Below are positions 26,993 through 39,390 of a DNA stretch of 64,000 nucleotides, piece by piece. Source of the stretch: Macrostomum hystrix. Its lineage: Eukaryota; Animalia; Platyhelminthes. The DNA is taken from NCBI GenBank assembly GCA_950097015.1, contig CATNEN010000013.1, positions 310,001 through 374,000 on the forward strand. Reading direction: 5' to 3'. Positions within the stretch are counted from its first letter, which is position 1. Every line of letters starts with the position of its first letter. Position numbers and translations under genes: made by a program. Below the pieces are notes generated by a model. It ran no database searches. It had not been told where the DNA came from and saw only the letters and a list, made by a program, of their open reading frames with translations.

Positions 26993-27365
26993 TGTAACGT
27001 TTTCGTAATGAATCAGAGAACAAAGGCGGTGGTTCTTTTCGGTTGTTTGTCGATCGTATGACCGAGAGCTTGAGGAAGGTTGGAGATTGCACTCCTTGGC
27101 TACTTATATTTATAGTGTCCAACGGAATATTCTAGAATGTTTTATTGCATTATAACAAAGTTAATATTCGGAAATAACTATAGTACGAAATATGTGACGA
27201 TAAAGTATTATCTGAGTCTTATAATTAACTGCAAGCTGATTAATAGAAATATAACATTTACTTTTGAGAACTTCTAGAAATTCTGAGAAAATTATAGAAG
27301 GATTTGACTTAGAATATTCTCGAAGATTACCTAATTTAGACAATACGGTACACTGCAATGTTACA
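26993..27365 (-). repeat. 3' LTR (373 bp)
   Basis: TGTAACG...TGTTACA, matches 31702-32074 with no difference seen by eye. Short polypurine tract (minus strand AGGGGGGA) adjacent at 27369-27377. Confidence 0.97.
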
Positions 27366-27470
27366 ATAGTCCCCCCTGCGGGAGACGGAGTCTCCTAAAA
27401 TAATGCGTTGGCGGGGCTTAACGTACCGTATGATAGGGTAGAGTTATGAAAAAAAATTAAATATTCGACA

Positions 27471-30400
27471 TTAAAAATATAGGTAATCATTGTTGTTTTT
27501 GAAGCGCACGTGCCGGCCACTCCTGGTAGTCCTTGGTGCTCTCGCCGCCACCGGAGTCGTCCGTGGTGGCAATGCGATGTCGCTCTGCGCCCGATCCTTG
27601 GACGGTTGAGCTTGGTCGGGTGGCTTTGGACGAGGTGTGGCAGCGGCGGTACGGAGCGGCTTCAGGCGGTCGATTGACACTGCCTCCTGCTGACCTGGGT
27701 GGAGCTCCAGAATGAAGAACTTTGCCGTCCGACGTATGACCGGGTAGGGCCCCTGGTAGGGTGCTTCCAAGGGTTTGCGGACGCGATCCACTCGCACCCA
27801 GACCTTTTCCGCCGTCCAGAGGTCTGCTGGGATGTATCGCTTGGCCGTCGAAGGCGAAGGTCGCGCGCCGTCGTCGGTGATATCGTCCATTCGAAGCCGT
27901 AGATCATTGGGGTCGACGTCCTCGGTGGCCAGGACTCTCGGCAGCATCGGATGCTCTCCTGTGAGACGCGTGAAAGGGCTGACTCCATCCTCGTCCGGGT
28001 TGATGTGCATGGCGAGTAGTGCGAGGGGCAGGTTGTCGAGCCACTCCTGTCCATGAGCCTTCAGGATGTGCTTGAGCGTCCGGTGAGCTCGCTCGATCTT
28101 CCCGTTGGTCTGCGGATGGTACGCTGTCGTCCGAAGCCGGTAGAAGCCGACGCTGGTAGCCAGGATGTTGAAGAGGTCCGCTTCGAACTGCGCGCCGCGG
28201 TCGGTGACGACGTAGAGGGGTACGCCGAATCGCGAGATCCAGGATGCTAGGAAAGCGGACGCGACACTCTGAGCCGTGATGGACTCGATCGGCGTTGCTT
28301 CGATCCAGCTCGTGCCTCGGTCTATCATGGTGAGCAGGTACCGTGGAGTTAGGCCGCATGAGACGTCGTGCTTTCGCTCGGGAACTGGCAACGGGCCGAC
28401 AATGTCGATGTGGACGGTCTCAAACCGGTTTGAAGGCAGATCGAACGCTGGGGTGCCGGATATGGTGTGGCGGCTGACCTTGTTGCGCTGGCAGGTCTGG
28501 CAGGCTCGGCAGTAGTCTTTGATATCCGCGCGCATGTTGGGCCAGAAGTAGCGCGACGTGATGAGGCGAGCTGTCTTGCGGAAACCGAAGTGTCCGATGT
28601 CATGAAAGTGTTGCAGCGTCGCTCGTCGCATCGACTCCGGTATGACCGGGCGCGGGTAGCTCGAGGAGGTCTCACAAAGAATCGTCCGCTGTCCGTTCAC
28701 CGGGAAGGGTCGGCAGCCCTCGGATGGCTGCAGCTGCTCCTTTGCCTGACGCTCGGCGATGGCCGGGATGTCGATGGGTGTTGTCGGTAGGACGCTGTTG
28801 ACCGGGGTGGTGCCCTCGTCAAGCCGGGATAGCGCATCAGCTATGATGTTGTCGGAGCCGCGGATATAGGTGATATCCACGACGTACTCGGCGATAACGC
28901 TCAGGTACCGTTGATTCCGGTCGGAGGTGCCGGTGTTGCTGCTGCGGAACGCCTGGGCGAGGGGTTTGTGATCCGTGAAGACTGTTACCTTGCGACCCTC
29001 GATCAGGCTCCGGAAGTGCAGAACAGCGAGGTACACTGCGAGAAGTTCCCTGTCGAAAGCTGAGTACTTCTGTTGTGCTGCCGACAGTTTCTTGCTGAAC
29101 AAGCCAATGGGCGTCGTGGTAGCGTCGGTCGATTGATGCAGAGCTGCGCCGACGCTGCTGGACGAAGCATCAGTGACGAGACTGTATGAGTCGCACTTGG
29201 GGTCCGGGTGCTGCAGCAGAAGTCTCTCCGCTAAGGTTGCCTTGAGCTTGTCAAAGGCCTGTTGATGAGCCGGGTCCCATCTGTAGGATCTCGGAGACTG
29301 CAGTGTTGTAGTGACGAGATCCTGCAGAGGTGTTGCGATTTCGGCGAACTGCGGGACAAAGCGTCGGTAGAACCCGATGACGCCGAGGAATCGACGCAGG
29401 GCGTGGGGGTCCTTGGGAGCCGGCCACTGGCGGATGGTGTCGACCTTGGATGCGAGAGGCCGTATGCCCTCGGCTGATACCTGATGTCCCAGGAAGGTCA
29501 CCTCGCGCTGCATGAAGGCGCACTTGTTGAGCTGCGCTTTGAGTCCGTGCTGGGCCAGACGTTGCAGGACTGCTTCCATGTGCTGCAGGTGTTCCTCCTC
29601 GCTGGGGGAGGCAACCAGCAGGTCGTCGATGTAGGCGACCGCGAACGGAAGTCCGCGCAGAACGCTGTCAATGAAACGCTGGAATGTTTGTGCTGCGTTC
29701 CTCAGGCCGAATGGCATCCGGGTCCATTCGTAGAGACCAAACGGTGTAATGATGGCGGTCTTCGGGATGTCCTCCTCGGCGATCGGAATCTGGTGGTACG
29801 CTCGTACGAGGTCCAGTTTCGAGAAGACCCTCGCGCCGTGAAGACTTCTTGTGAAGCACTGAATGTGCGGAATCGGATAGTTGTCCGGCTTGGTGAGCTT
29901 GTTGAGTTGCCGGTAGTCGCCACAGGGTCGCCATTTGCCGTTGGGGACGCCGTTGTCCTTCTTGGGGACCATGTGTAGTGGTGACGCCCAGTTGCTGGCG
30001 GAAGGCCGAAGGTATCCGGCGTCGATCAGCTGCTGGAATTCGTCCTTGGCGATCGCCAACTTCTCGGGATGTAGCTGTCGAGCTTTGGCGTGAACTGGCG
30101 GGTGCTCGTAGGTGATGATATGGTGCTTCGTGTCGTGCCCGACCTCCTCGGCTTTGGGCAAGCGGCCGCCTTCGACGTACGAGAATGTGTCCTTAAAACG
30201 GTCGATGAGCTGCTGGACTCGCGCGTCACAGTGCTCCGGGTACGCTAAGGAGATGGCAAAGGTGTCGAGCTGCAAGCTGGCGACAGGCAGCGTCTGCGTG
30301 TGCAGGTTCGTTTCTGGATCCACCAGCTGTCGGGCCTTGCAGTCCACGAGCAATCCGAACTGAGACAGAAAGTCGTACCCGAGAATCGGCTGAATGACGG

Positions 30401-30860
30401 TGGCGACGAGGAAGGTCCACTTAAACGATCGGCGAAGACCTCGGATGGCAATGGTGAGCGTAATCTCTCCGGAAACAGGAATGGACTCACCGGTGGCGGT
30501 TGTCAATCGGTACCCGGTTGCTTGGAGAGCCTGGTGGAGGTACTTTGTCGGAATGATGGACACGGCCGCGCCTGTGTCGACAAGAAAGGAGAGGCACCTG
30601 TTGCTGAAGGTGAGGTCTACCACCAGGAAGTTTTTTCTCGCCGCACTCCCAGGCTCGACGCTACTCACTGCGGCGTGGTGGGCAGCGCCATCCTGTTTCC
30701 CGGGGCCTGACTGTGTCGCACTGGCGACGAAGAACGCGATTGAGCAGGCGTCGTCTCGTTGTTCGAGAGAACATGCGGGGAGTGCCCGGGCGTCTTCGGA
30801 AATTGGCACCATCGGCGACAGGGGCGAGCTTGGAGACCGTAGAAAACGTGCGCGCGGCAT
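27471..30860 (-). CDS. pol: Gypsy Pol: aspartic protease, RT, RNase H, integrase
   Basis: [10 protein letters not shown] (PR); [21 protein letters not shown] (RT); [23 protein letters not shown] (RH); H..GH..C..C, HIDIVGP, TDRG, IER (IN); YQGPYP. Uninterrupted; probably made by frameshift from gag rather than from the listed ATG. Confidence 0.97.
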   Translation of the reverse strand: MPRARFLRSPSSPLSPMVPISEDARALPACSLEQRDDACSIAFFVASATQSGPGKQDGAAHHAAVSSVEPGSAARKNFLVVDLTFSNRCLSFLVDTGAAVSIIPTKYLHQALQATGYRLTTATGESIPVSGEITLTIAIRGLRRSFKWTFLVATVIQPILGYDFLSQFGLLVDCKARQLVDPETNLHTQTLPVASLQLDTFAISLAYPEHCDARVQQLIDRFKDTFSYVEGGRLPKAEEVGHDTKHHIITYEHPPVHAKARQLHPEKLAIAKDEFQQLIDAGYLRPSASNWASPLHMVPKKDNGVPNGKWRPCGDYRQLNKLTKPDNYPIPHIQCFTRSLHGARVFSKLDLVRAYHQIPIAEEDIPKTAIITPFGLYEWTRMPFGLRNAAQTFQRFIDSVLRGLPFAVAYIDDLLVASPSEEEHLQHMEAVLQRLAQHGLKAQLNKCAFMQREVTFLGHQVSAEGIRPLASKVDTIRQWPAPKDPHALRRFLGVIGFYRRFVPQFAEIATPLQDLVTTTLQSPRSYRWDPAHQQAFDKLKATLAERLLLQHPDPKCDSYSLVTDASSSSVGAALHQSTDATTTPIGLFSKKLSAAQQKYSAFDRELLAVYLAVLHFRSLIEGRKVTVFTDHKPLAQAFRSSNTGTSDRNQRYLSVIAEYVVDITYIRGSDNIIADALSRLDEGTTPVNSVLPTTPIDIPAIAERQAKEQLQPSEGCRPFPVNGQRTILCETSSSYPRPVIPESMRRATLQHFHDIGHFGFRKTARLITSRYFWPNMRADIKDYCRACQTCQRNKVSRHTISGTPAFDLPSNRFETVHIDIVGPLPVPERKHDVSCGLTPRYLLTMIDRGTSWIEATPIESITAQSVASAFLASWISRFGVPLYVVTDRGAQFEADLFNILATSVGFYRLRTTAYHPQTNGKIERAHRTLKHILKAHGQEWLDNLPLALLAMHINPDEDGVSPFTRLTGEHPMLPRVLATEDVDPNDLRLRMDDITDDGARPSPSTAKRYIPADLWTAEKVWVRVDRVRKPLEAPYQGPYPVIRRTAKFFILELHPGQQEAVSIDRLKPLRTAAATPRPKPPDQAQPSKDRAQSDIALPPRTTPVAARAPRTTRSGRHVRFKNNNDYLYF

Positions 30861-31678
30861 ATGACCGGACGTTGGCCCGGTTTAAAGGGCTTCATGCCGC
30901 CCCGATTCGGCTTCCGAGCCTGGCTGGAGTCGCCGTGCGATGTCGCGGGGAGGGCCGCGACCATGCTAGGCAGAGCAGCGTTGACTTTGCCGAATGTGTT
31001 CTGGACTGCGAACATCGAGTCGGCGATTGAAGCGAGTTCTGCTGGCGACTGGTGCTGAAAGCCGGATAGAGCGATGCGAAATTCGTTGGGTAGGCAGCGC
31101 AGCAGCGTTGCCTTGACCATGTCGGGGCAGGCGGACGGCTGGATTCCGCATTGCGACATCTTGGCCGTGAGTCGTTGCAGAAAGATGGACGGCTTATCTC
31201 CGCCGAGGTCCGAAGTAGCCAGCAGGTCGTTGATTTTCTCCTGCTTGCTCTTTTGCATCATATTGCAGACGCTTGTCTTCAGAGCAGCGTAGTTGGCTAC
31301 GGTCTCGGCCGTCAGGAGCACAGAGGCGATGTCCTCAGGCAGGTTTGCAACGAGATGATGGTACTGAGTATCCTCCGACGTGATGCGTGCCAGCTTGAAT
31401 TGTGACTCGAGAGTCTGAAACCACGCATCGGGGTTATTGCGGTAGAATGGTGGTGCCTTAACGCTTACAGCTGCTAACGTGGGTTGGAAAACTGGCAGTG
31501 GCATAGAGTCTGCGACGACGTAAGGCTGACCTAACGATGTAGGAGCAATGGTGATGCTGCTGGGCTGGCTCATGGGCGGAGGCGCGGCGCTTGTGGTAGC
31601 GCTTGGCTGACTGACTACCGGTGTAGGAGTTGGATTGCTGTCCGACGGTGAAGTCGTTTCCTCGCTGGGATTTATCAT
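30665..31678 (-). CDS. gag: Gypsy Gag with C-x2-H-x9-C-x3-C motif
   Basis: [22 protein letters not shown] capsid-like N-domain, [28 protein letters not shown]. The likely start is the ATG just after the PBS (31678); the frame stays open back into the LTR to 31831. Confidence 0.9.
   Translation of the reverse strand: MINPSEETTSPSDSNPTPTPVVSQPSATTSAAPPPMSQPSSITIAPTSLGQPYVVADSMPLPVFQPTLAAVSVKAPPFYRNNPDAWFQTLESQFKLARITSEDTQYHHLVANLPEDIASVLLTAETVANYAALKTSVCNMMQKSKQEKINDLLATSDLGGDKPSIFLQRLTAKMSQCGIQPSACPDMVKATLLRCLPNEFRIALSGFQHQSPAELASIADSMFAVQNTFGKVNAALPSMVAALPATSHGDSSQARKPNRGGMKPFKPGQRPVICRAHVFYGLQARPCRRWCQFPKTPGHSPHVLSNNETTPAQSRSSSPVRHSQAPGNRMALPTTPQ
30695..30701 (-). promoter_or_regulatory. 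Candidate -1 ribosomal frameshift slippery site G GGA AAC
   Basis: In the gag frame the codons read CCG GGA AAC (X XXY YYZ). Slipping -1 gives GGG AAA CAG, which is the pol frame (GKQDGAA). Lies in the gag/pol overlap, followed by GC-rich pairing potential. Confidence 0.75.
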
Positions 31679-31681
31679 GTT

Positions 31682-31699
31682 TGTCGCCTCACCGGACCA
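31682..31699 (-). promoter_or_regulatory. Putative primer-binding site TGGTCCGGTGAGGCGACA
   Basis: TGG begins 2 nt after the 5' LTR on the minus strand; primer tRNA not securely identified. Confidence 0.6.
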
Positions 31700-31701
31700 G
31701 T

Positions 31702-32074
31702 TGTAACGTTTTCGTAATGAATCAGAGAACAAAGGCGGTGGTTCTTTTCGGTTGTTTGTCGATCGTATGACCGAGAGCTTGAGGAAGGTTGGAGATTGCA
31801 CTCCTTGGCTACTTATATTTATAGTGTCCAACGGAATATTCTAGAATGTTTTATTGCATTATAACAAAGTTAATATTCGGAAATAACTATAGTACGAAAT
31901 ATGTGACGATAAAGTATTATCTGAGTCTTATAATTAACTGCAAGCTGATTAATAGAAATATAACATTTACTTTTGAGAACTTCTAGAAATTCTGAGAAAA
32001 TTATAGAAGGATTTGACTTAGAATATTCTCGAAGATTACCTAATTTAGACAATACGGTACACTGCAATGTTACA
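31702..32074 (-). repeat. 5' LTR (373 bp)
   Basis: Copy of 26993-27365. Confidence 0.97.
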
Positions 32075-32873
32075 GACCCAATTCGCCATTCACTAACAAT
32101 AAAAGCATGATTCAGTCGACGAAGCCGGGATATCTTTTGAAGTTGAAAATGAAAAAAATTAAAACTATTAGTTACATGACCACGTCGTTGATTGTTAAGC
32201 TACTCAGGATAATCTGATGTAAGCTGATGGGTAAAAGTTCCGTTGTAAAACTCGTCAATAACTCTGAAATCTTCAAAGAAAAAAGGATAAATTAAAAGAA
32301 AATTACAAGAGACATCTGACAAATGTTAAACTCTCCTATCCACTGTTGAGATAGATTAACTGCACATAAAAATCAATAAAGTATATCTTAAATTTGGGCT
32401 CAGCTAATGCGCATATATAATAGAAATTTGTAAAATACAGCAATAACAAAATTGATCGGTATATCATAGGAAATCTAATTAGAATCTACAAAAAATAAAT
32501 CTGAAAGTAATGGCTCATTAGAACAAATATTACATCATCTGAGAGAAAAAGCATTTTAACTGAATATATTGGGTACAATTTTTACTCCTGAACGCAGGGT
32601 AAATTTTTAATACAGCTACGCAAGCAGAATATAAAACGCAAATTTTAACGCTCATAAAATATACAATGCCAGCCAAGTCAGGTAAAGAAGCAAAAGTCAT
32701 AAAAATGTTTAACGCCATCTTGCTCCCCTTATATATACGCTGTGACAATAACTTTGATAAAAATAAGTCTTTCTAGCTCACTTAGACTTAAAAAATAATG
32801 CAGTTAAGAGAGTAATTTAGGAATTACTATAAGTAAAAAATCTGTTATCACAGTAAAAGTAATTGCAGCTGAC

Positions 32874-33614
32874 TTAGTCAGGATTCCCCATGTTTTGCAC
32901 AATCCATTGTTTGCATGTTGCCGCTATTGAACTGAAGTCATGAAGAATTATTGCCAGTCGCTGATTTTCCTCCTGAAGAGTAGCGATCGCTTCTTCCTTG
33001 ATCAATGTGTTCATTTTGCGACTGGCCCGCGACTTTCTCGACGCTGCATTGTTCTTCTCACGCCTGTCATTTTTGGAGTCCACTTGAATTTCCGATACGA
33101 TCAATGCCATCTTTTTAGAAGGACTCTCAGTCGGATCAACGTGACTCGACTTTCTTGAATTATGTTTACAATTATATCCTAGTCTAGAAGACAATTCTTC
33201 CTTAGATTGGCCTAATGCCTTGCACGGCCCAGACTCATGGTTAGGTACGCTACAGTCTTGACAGCTTATTATATCTGACTGACTGATACCTTTGCTATTA
33301 AGTTCTTCAATTACATCGTCGACAAATGAAGAGTCCTGAATGTCCCTGGGAAGAAAGCCGCTGTCAGTTGACAGGACTGACAGTTGAGTCTCGATTCTTG
33401 ACCGCGAAGTTAACCCATGTACTTGACGTGGTGCAGATGCTACGTCGTGATCAATATTTTCTCCTTGGAGGAAATATGATTCAGTGATAGCAGACTTAGG
33501 CTGCAAATCTCTTCTGGTAACTCTTGTTTTACTTCCGCTCGTTGCTCGCCATTTCGCTAATGTTGACGTAGTAGCCTGTTGACTCTCTGAAGACTCTATA
33601 TGTTTGCGGGCCAT
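32874..33614 (-). CDS. Intronless bZIP transcription factor (C/EBP/PAR-like basic region), 246 aa
   Basis: C-terminal RREKNNAASRKSRASRK basic region followed by heptad I/L..LQEENQRLAIIL; single open exon. Confidence 0.8.
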   Translation of the reverse strand: MARKHIESSESQQATTSTLAKWRATSGSKTRVTRRDLQPKSAITESYFLQGENIDHDVASAPRQVHGLTSRSRIETQLSVLSTDSGFLPRDIQDSSFVDDVIEELNSKGISQSDIISCQDCSVPNHESGPCKALGQSKEELSSRLGYNCKHNSRKSSHVDPTESPSKKMALIVSEIQVDSKNDRREKNNAASRKSRASRKMNTLIKEEAIATLQEENQRLAIILHDFSSIAATCKQWIVQNMGNPD

Positions 33615-34910
33615 GGATACAAATCGAGTGGAACAGTTTATACATTAATTTTTTGTGCTTCCAGCAAACAGCACGGCAAGACGAGTTTTCGTGGATGAAT
33701 TTGAATTTTGAAAAGAAGAAAATGAAAAGATTGAAGCAATTCGAAAAATAAAAATCTAATGCAATCAATTGCAACTAAAAATTACATATTAAGACACCCT
33801 AAACTATAAATATGTGTTTATTCTTAAGTTAAGACGTTTATTTTTGGACCTTAATATCGTTCTAATGCTAAAGTCTGAAAAATTTGTTTTACTATAGACA
33901 CGACTAATGCCGTAAAAACGGGACACCCACGTACGTAATTAACGTCAATTTCTTACATTTTCCATGAAAATCATTGGATTGTTTGACATCGTTTGCTATT
34001 GTAGTTTAATGACTTCAACATTAAAAACGTGATATATACACGTTAAAACAGGACAATTTTTTTTCTTTTTCTGTTGTTTTCATGATTTAAAAAATTATTT
34101 TGACAGGTGATTTTGACAGTTAACAGAACTTTGTCAGTTGACCCCATTCCTAAGTTGCTCAAAGATTTGTTTATGACTTGGCCTTTAGCAGTAGGTGTAG
34201 TCTTTACTCGTAGCATTATTGGTGCCACGGTCACAGTGTGTGGTTGGCTGCTGGAAGGCCTATTATAAATGTATATAATAATGTATATATGTATAGCTAA
34301 GGGGGTTGATGGTCATTTTGTCTGGCAATATATGATGCAGTCGTTTTGTCTGCCCTAGTCCTACGTTCGGTTTACTATATATAATACAAATGAAATATAT
34401 AGTGTACGTCTTTATACTTTACTAACACTATTGCATGAACATATAGCCTATAGACTTTCTTTATTCTCATTTAATATTTTCATAGACATACAAGTACTAG
34501 GCATATAATAAATCAATGGACATTTTTCTTGATTTTTTGATTGTTTTCTGGCATTCTCAAATAGCTTATAAAATACTCTATGATAGCTTTAGGCTTTCTA
34601 CACAACAGCTAATACTACAGGCATGCAATATAACTGAAATTATCACATTCTAAATTGTCAAATCTGGATGACAAGTTTGGATCTATGCTTGATTCAATGG
34701 TCTGATTATGAATATTTTGGTTAGCTGAATTTATGGACATAGGCCTATGTATGCACTTTATTCAATATTCAAAGAACCAGTGATCCTATAGAATCATTTT
34801 TATAGAAATTTCATTCTTTTTTTTTACTTAAGTCTAGAATTATTCAAAATTTAAAGGAACGAACAGTTCAATATGTGCTAGCAGCTAAATTGTTTATTAT
34901 AGTTCATCAA

Positions 34911-35240
34911 TAATGCAAGAGAGCTGCAAGCAATGGCATATCATTTAGTGAACCTAGACCCGCAGCCAGCAAGGAGGCAATTCTGCCCATTTTGCTGACT
35001 CTTATGCCTAAGCATACACATGGTCAGATACTGTATGTAGGCATATACTCACACAGGTATGTACATCTGCCCTGACTTTCTCAATGCCAGGCAGTGTACA
35101 ATTCACTATGCCTTAGAGGTTGTCCCTCAATGACAAATTACACAACAAGCCCCTCTTTGTAGCAGTGCCCCAATAAATGTGGCCTTGGTGTGGCATCAAA
35201 CATTAAGGTCTAGGGCAAATATGTTAATTGCTCTGCCACC
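34911..35240 (-). mobile_element. tRNA-derived SINE, family A copy
   Basis: Colinear with 60448-60837 on the opposite strand; flanked by a duplication AATTGTT..ATTATAGTTCATCAA (about 34889-34910 and 35241-35268). Confidence 0.88.
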
Positions 35241-35944
35241 AATTGTTATTATTATTATAGTTCATCAAGCATTTGGGGTCATTAAGGCAAAATCCATATT
35301 AAATTTGTTGGTCAAACTTCATAGACAGACTATAGGAAACTATATACTATTTTGGCTTATAAGTAAGGTTTTGCTTAAGAGTGCTTGGCTAAGCTACCAA
35401 CACCTTTAGAACGTTTGGTCACTTGGAACCAAAGATATTAAAATAGCTTTATCTTAAGAGGAGAAAGTATTATTTGTTTAGGATTCTATTATTTAAGAAG
35501 TTATTCTTTTTGGTTTGGGGTGTTTTGTTGTTACTTTTTTGCTTATTGCTTGTATAAACAATATTGAATGTGGTAACTGTATTGGTTACATTTCTATTAC
35601 AAAAATAATATAAGTCTTGCATTTAGAAGAAGTTTGGCCTTCATTTTTTCTTCTGTCATATCAATGTTATCTTGTTGTGTTTCTATTCCCATTCCATTTT
35701 CTATTACTGCTAAGTAAATTGTGTAAAAGTTATATATTTTTTTGTAGAACTCTTCAATATGCATTGTTTTTTTGTTAATTTGTTTCCTAATTTATTTATT
35801 ATTTCGAACAATGCCAGTAATGTATTATAAATCTTCAATGTCTCCAATTCTATATTCTAATCTATAAAATTCTCTTCCTTTCCTAAGGCTAGAGTTTTCA
35901 GTCGTCTGCCAATATGGACTCACCAACCCAGTTGGTGCGGCCAC

Positions 35945-38485
35945 ATGTGGCGTTGCTATAGCAACAAACTCGATGCTCCGGCTGGTTCTAGCTTGCCGGC
36001 CAGGCGCGAAAACCTTCGCATTGTTGCCAAGGAGAGCCTGATGTGGCACCCTGGCCACATACACAAAGGCCGTCAACGCATCAACCAGAAGCTAGCCACC
36101 GTTGATGCATTCGTTGAAGTTCACGACGCTCGGATCCCTGTCACTGGCCGGGCTCGCCTATTCGAGGATAGCAAAGCGGCCAGGCCGCACGCGCTGGTGC
36201 TGAACAAGGCCGACCTGGTGGCGCCTAGCGCTCGCGCCGCCTGGCTGCGGCACATGGAGGAGCGCGAAGGTCCCGGCTGCCGGGTGTTTCACTGCAGTCT
36301 GCGCGACTCTGCTAACCAGGTTCGCTGGGGCAGTGAGTAGTGTCTCACACCAAGGTCCCTGAGTTTGAATCCGCAGCTAAGCAACATTCATTTTGTGCAA
36401 TTTACGCCCTTGAGGGCCAACACCCAAAGCACAGTGAGAGTGTACACCGTCTGACTGACGATGAGAAAGTCAGGACACTCAACACTCAATTACCCCAGCT
36501 GATGCTGGTACCCATTTAACAGCTTGATGAATTGAAGCAATGCAGAGTTGATTGTGTTGCTAAAGGATACAAATTGTTACAGTGTAGTCGGGCATTGTGG
36601 TCCGACGCTCTAACCACACGGCTACAATATATATTGATTTCCGTGACTCCCTCTACCACTGCCGAATTCTCAGAGCCGCATCCTCACCAGCCTAATGTCC
36701 AGCGTGCTCCAGATGGCGGCTGATTTTCGGCCGGATAAGCGCGAATTCAGCATCATGATTGCCGGCGTGCCAAATGTTGGCAAGAGTTCAATAATTAACG
36801 CCCTGAGAGCTTTTCACTCTGGCAAGTCTTCTGCAACCAGGGTTGGCAAGCTGGCTGGTGTCACACGGGTTGTTGGCGAGCGAATACTGGTGAGTGTCTC
36901 TGGCTGTAACTGCTCTTGTTGCCGCTGTGACTCACTATTCAGGGACCTAAGTTCTAGACTCTCACAGACCTTCAGGTTTGACTCTACCCTTCCAGACTTT
37001 CACTTGGTTTGCCTTATGCCCTTCAGAATCTTCAGGTCGTCAGGTCTCTGTCTTTGAGAATCTTAATATGTTTTAGTCTTTATCCATTAGAATCCTAAGG
37101 TCTGGTTCTAACCTTCAGGTCTTCATGTGGTTTTGTCTCTACCCTTTAGTGTCCTATTCTCTAACCTTCCTGACCTTCAGGTGGTTTGGTTTTAACCATC
37201 AGAATCTTCAGGCGGTTTGGTGTCTATCCTTCAGAATCTTCAGGTGGTTTAGTCTCTATCGTTCAAAATGTTCAGGTGGTTTGGTCTCTATCCTTCAGAA
37301 TCTTCAGGTGGTTTTGTCTCTATCCGTCAGTATCTTCAGGTGGTTTGGTCTCTATCCTTCAGAATCTTCAGGTGGTTTGGTCTCTATCCTTCAGAATCTT
37401 CAGGTGGTTTGGTCTCTATCCTTCAGAATCTTCAGGTGGTTTGGTCTCTATCCTTCAGAATCTTCAGCGTTGATGTCTATCCTTCAGAATCTTCAGGTGG
37501 TTTGGTCTCTATCCTTCAAAATGTTCAGGTGGTTTGATCTCTATCCGTCAGAACCTTCAGGTTTGACTTCAGAACCTTCCTTATCAATTTAACCCCTCCC
37601 TCAGGTGTGCCAGGATCCGCCAGTGTACGTGCTTGACTCGCCAGGAATTCTAGATCCCGAATTCAAAGACGACATTGCCAACATGCTGAAACTGGGCGCC
37701 TGCGGCTGCGTAGATCTGAGCAGTCTGGACACCCAGGTCATTGCCGACTACGTGCTGCACTGCTGCAATGCCCGCGGAGAGAATGCCTACGTAAAACTTT
37801 ACGACCTGACTGGCCCCGTTCATGATATTCAAGAACTGCTTGCGGGTAATAAGTCTCATTGTGTGTGAAACGCATAGTTAAACGGAGTTAAACGCATAAA
37901 ACTACGTTGAGGAGATGATACTACCCTAGTGCGTTTAGTGCGTACAGATACCGTACGCAGGCACCCACTCACACAGGTGTGTGCATCGCACTGACTTTCT
38001 CATTGTCAGGCAGTGTACACTCTCACTGTGCTTTGGAGGTTGGCACTCAATGGCGTAAATTGCACGACAAGCCCCCAAGTAAATGTGGACTCACCGCGGA
38101 ATCGAGCTCAGGGACCTTGGTGCTAGAGGCAAACTAGTTAAATTGCTTTGTCACCCTGTACGTTTTATCTTAGATTCTTAACTCACTGAACAAAATGTAT
38201 GGACCAGATACAAGAAAGTCTTTGTTCTAAAACACTATAAAAAACCTCCCATCCGCAGCAATCTGCCGCAAGCATCGCCTGGTGCAGGCGCACCGGAACC
38301 TGCTCACCGGCCAGCTGGTGCACGGCCCCAACCTCACCGCAGGCGCCTTGACCCTGCTGCGTCACTTCAATCAGGGCCTGCTGGGCCGCATCGTGCTCGA
38401 CCGGCTGCCAGACGAGTCGCCGGATCCGCCACTGCCTTTCGTCTATTCCAAGGCTGCCAGAGACGGCGCTTCGGCGCGAAGATGA
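35945..38485 (+). CDS. MTG1: Mitochondrial ribosome-associated GTPase 1 (RbgA/YlqF family), 352 aa; exons 35945-36319, 36674-36889, 37605-37845, 38259-38485
   Basis: [22 protein letters not shown] (G4), GVPNVGKSS (G1), GVT (G2), DSPGIL (G3) in circularly permuted order; splice phases 0/0/1 are consistent. Confidence 0.93.
36325..36625. mobile_element. SINE chimera in MTG1 intron 1: family A 5' part (+, to about 36477) joined to family B 5' part (-)
   Basis: First part matches 60490-60645; second part is the reverse complement of 49690-49820-like sequence. Confidence 0.8.
36965..37575. repeat. 32-bp minisatellite (TCTTCAGGTGGTTTGGTCTCTATCCTTCAGAA)n in MTG1 intron 2
   Basis: Direct periodicity with degenerate flanks. 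Confidence 0.93.
37930..38157 (-). mobile_element. SINE family A copy, 3'-truncated, in MTG1 intron 3
   Basis: Reverse complement matches the head and body of 60448-60700. Confidence 0.85.
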
Positions 38486-38644
38486 GCTTCTCACTTCTGC
38501 TAGGAGAGAAATCTGGCAGCGCTGATTGATGCTTTGACTTTTGCATTTCGCCTTTCTTCTCTTCTTCGCAAAATTTTACTGCAAAACTAGTCGAAGTTCT
38601 CGCTTTCTAGTTTTCGACGGGTCACGCGGAGCAGTTTGCTTATG

Positions 38645-39390
38645 AAAACGACCAGTTGCCACTCAAAACTACCATTTCCTATTCAAAACTGCCACTTGCC
38701 ACTCAAAAATACAATTTCCTATTCAAAACTACCAGTCACCTTCCCAAAACTACCAGTTCCCACTAATAACTACCTGTTGCTACTCAAAACTACCAGTTCC
38801 CACTCAAAACTACCAGTTCCCACTCAAAACTACCAGTTCCCACTCAAAACTACCATTCCTATTCAAAACTGCCACTTCCCACTCAAAAATACAATTTCCT
38901 ATTCAAAACTACCAGTCACCTTCCCAAAAATGCCAGTTCCCACTCAAAACTACCAGTTCCCACTCAAAACTACCAGTTCCCACTCAAAACTACCAGTTCC
39001 CACCCAAAACTACCAGTCACCTTCCCAAGACTACCAGTTCCTACTTAAAACTACCCGTTCCCACTCAAAAATGCCAGTTCCCACTCAAAACTACCAGTTC
39101 CCACCCAAAACTACCAGTCACCTTCCCAAGACTACCAGTTCCTACTTAAAACTACCCGTTCCCACTCAAAACTACCAGTTCCCACTCAAAACTACCAGTT
39201 CCCACTCAAAACTACCAGTTCCCACTCAAAACTACCAGTTCCTACTCAAAACTACCAGTTCCCACTCAAAAATACCAGTTCCCACTCAAAACTACCAGTT
39301 CCCACTCAAAACTACCAGATTCGTACTCAAAACTACCAGTTCCCACTCAAAACTACCAGATTCGTACTCAAAACTACCATATTCGTACTC
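38645..39390. repeat. 20-bp minisatellite (CCCACTCAAAACTACCAGTT)n between MTG1 and DNAJB12
   Basis: Direct periodicity; ORF 38636-39433 is an artefact. Confidence 0.95.

Larger units (their letters stand above)
26993..32074 (-). mobile_element. Full-length Ty3/Gypsy LTR retrotransposon, CsRn1-like lineage
   Basis: Two 373-bp LTRs (TGT..ACA), 4-bp TSD GACC at 26989-26992 and 32075-32078, gag and pol ORFs on the minus strand in PR-RT-RH-IN order, CHCC gag motif. Confidence 0.97.

Noticed and set aside
30880-30886. TTTAAAC slippery heptamer (minus strand)
   Set aside because: Out of phase with the gag frame (CCC TTT AAA CCG); GGGAAAC at 30695-30701 is in phase.
27533-31405. Many antisense and alternate-frame ORFs within the Gypsy element
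   Set aside because: Expected shadows of GC-rich gag/pol codons; no independent motifs.
31679-31831. Gag N-terminal extension starting inside the LTR
   Set aside because: Non-ATG start in the ORF track and crosses the PBS; the ATG at 31678 is more plausible.
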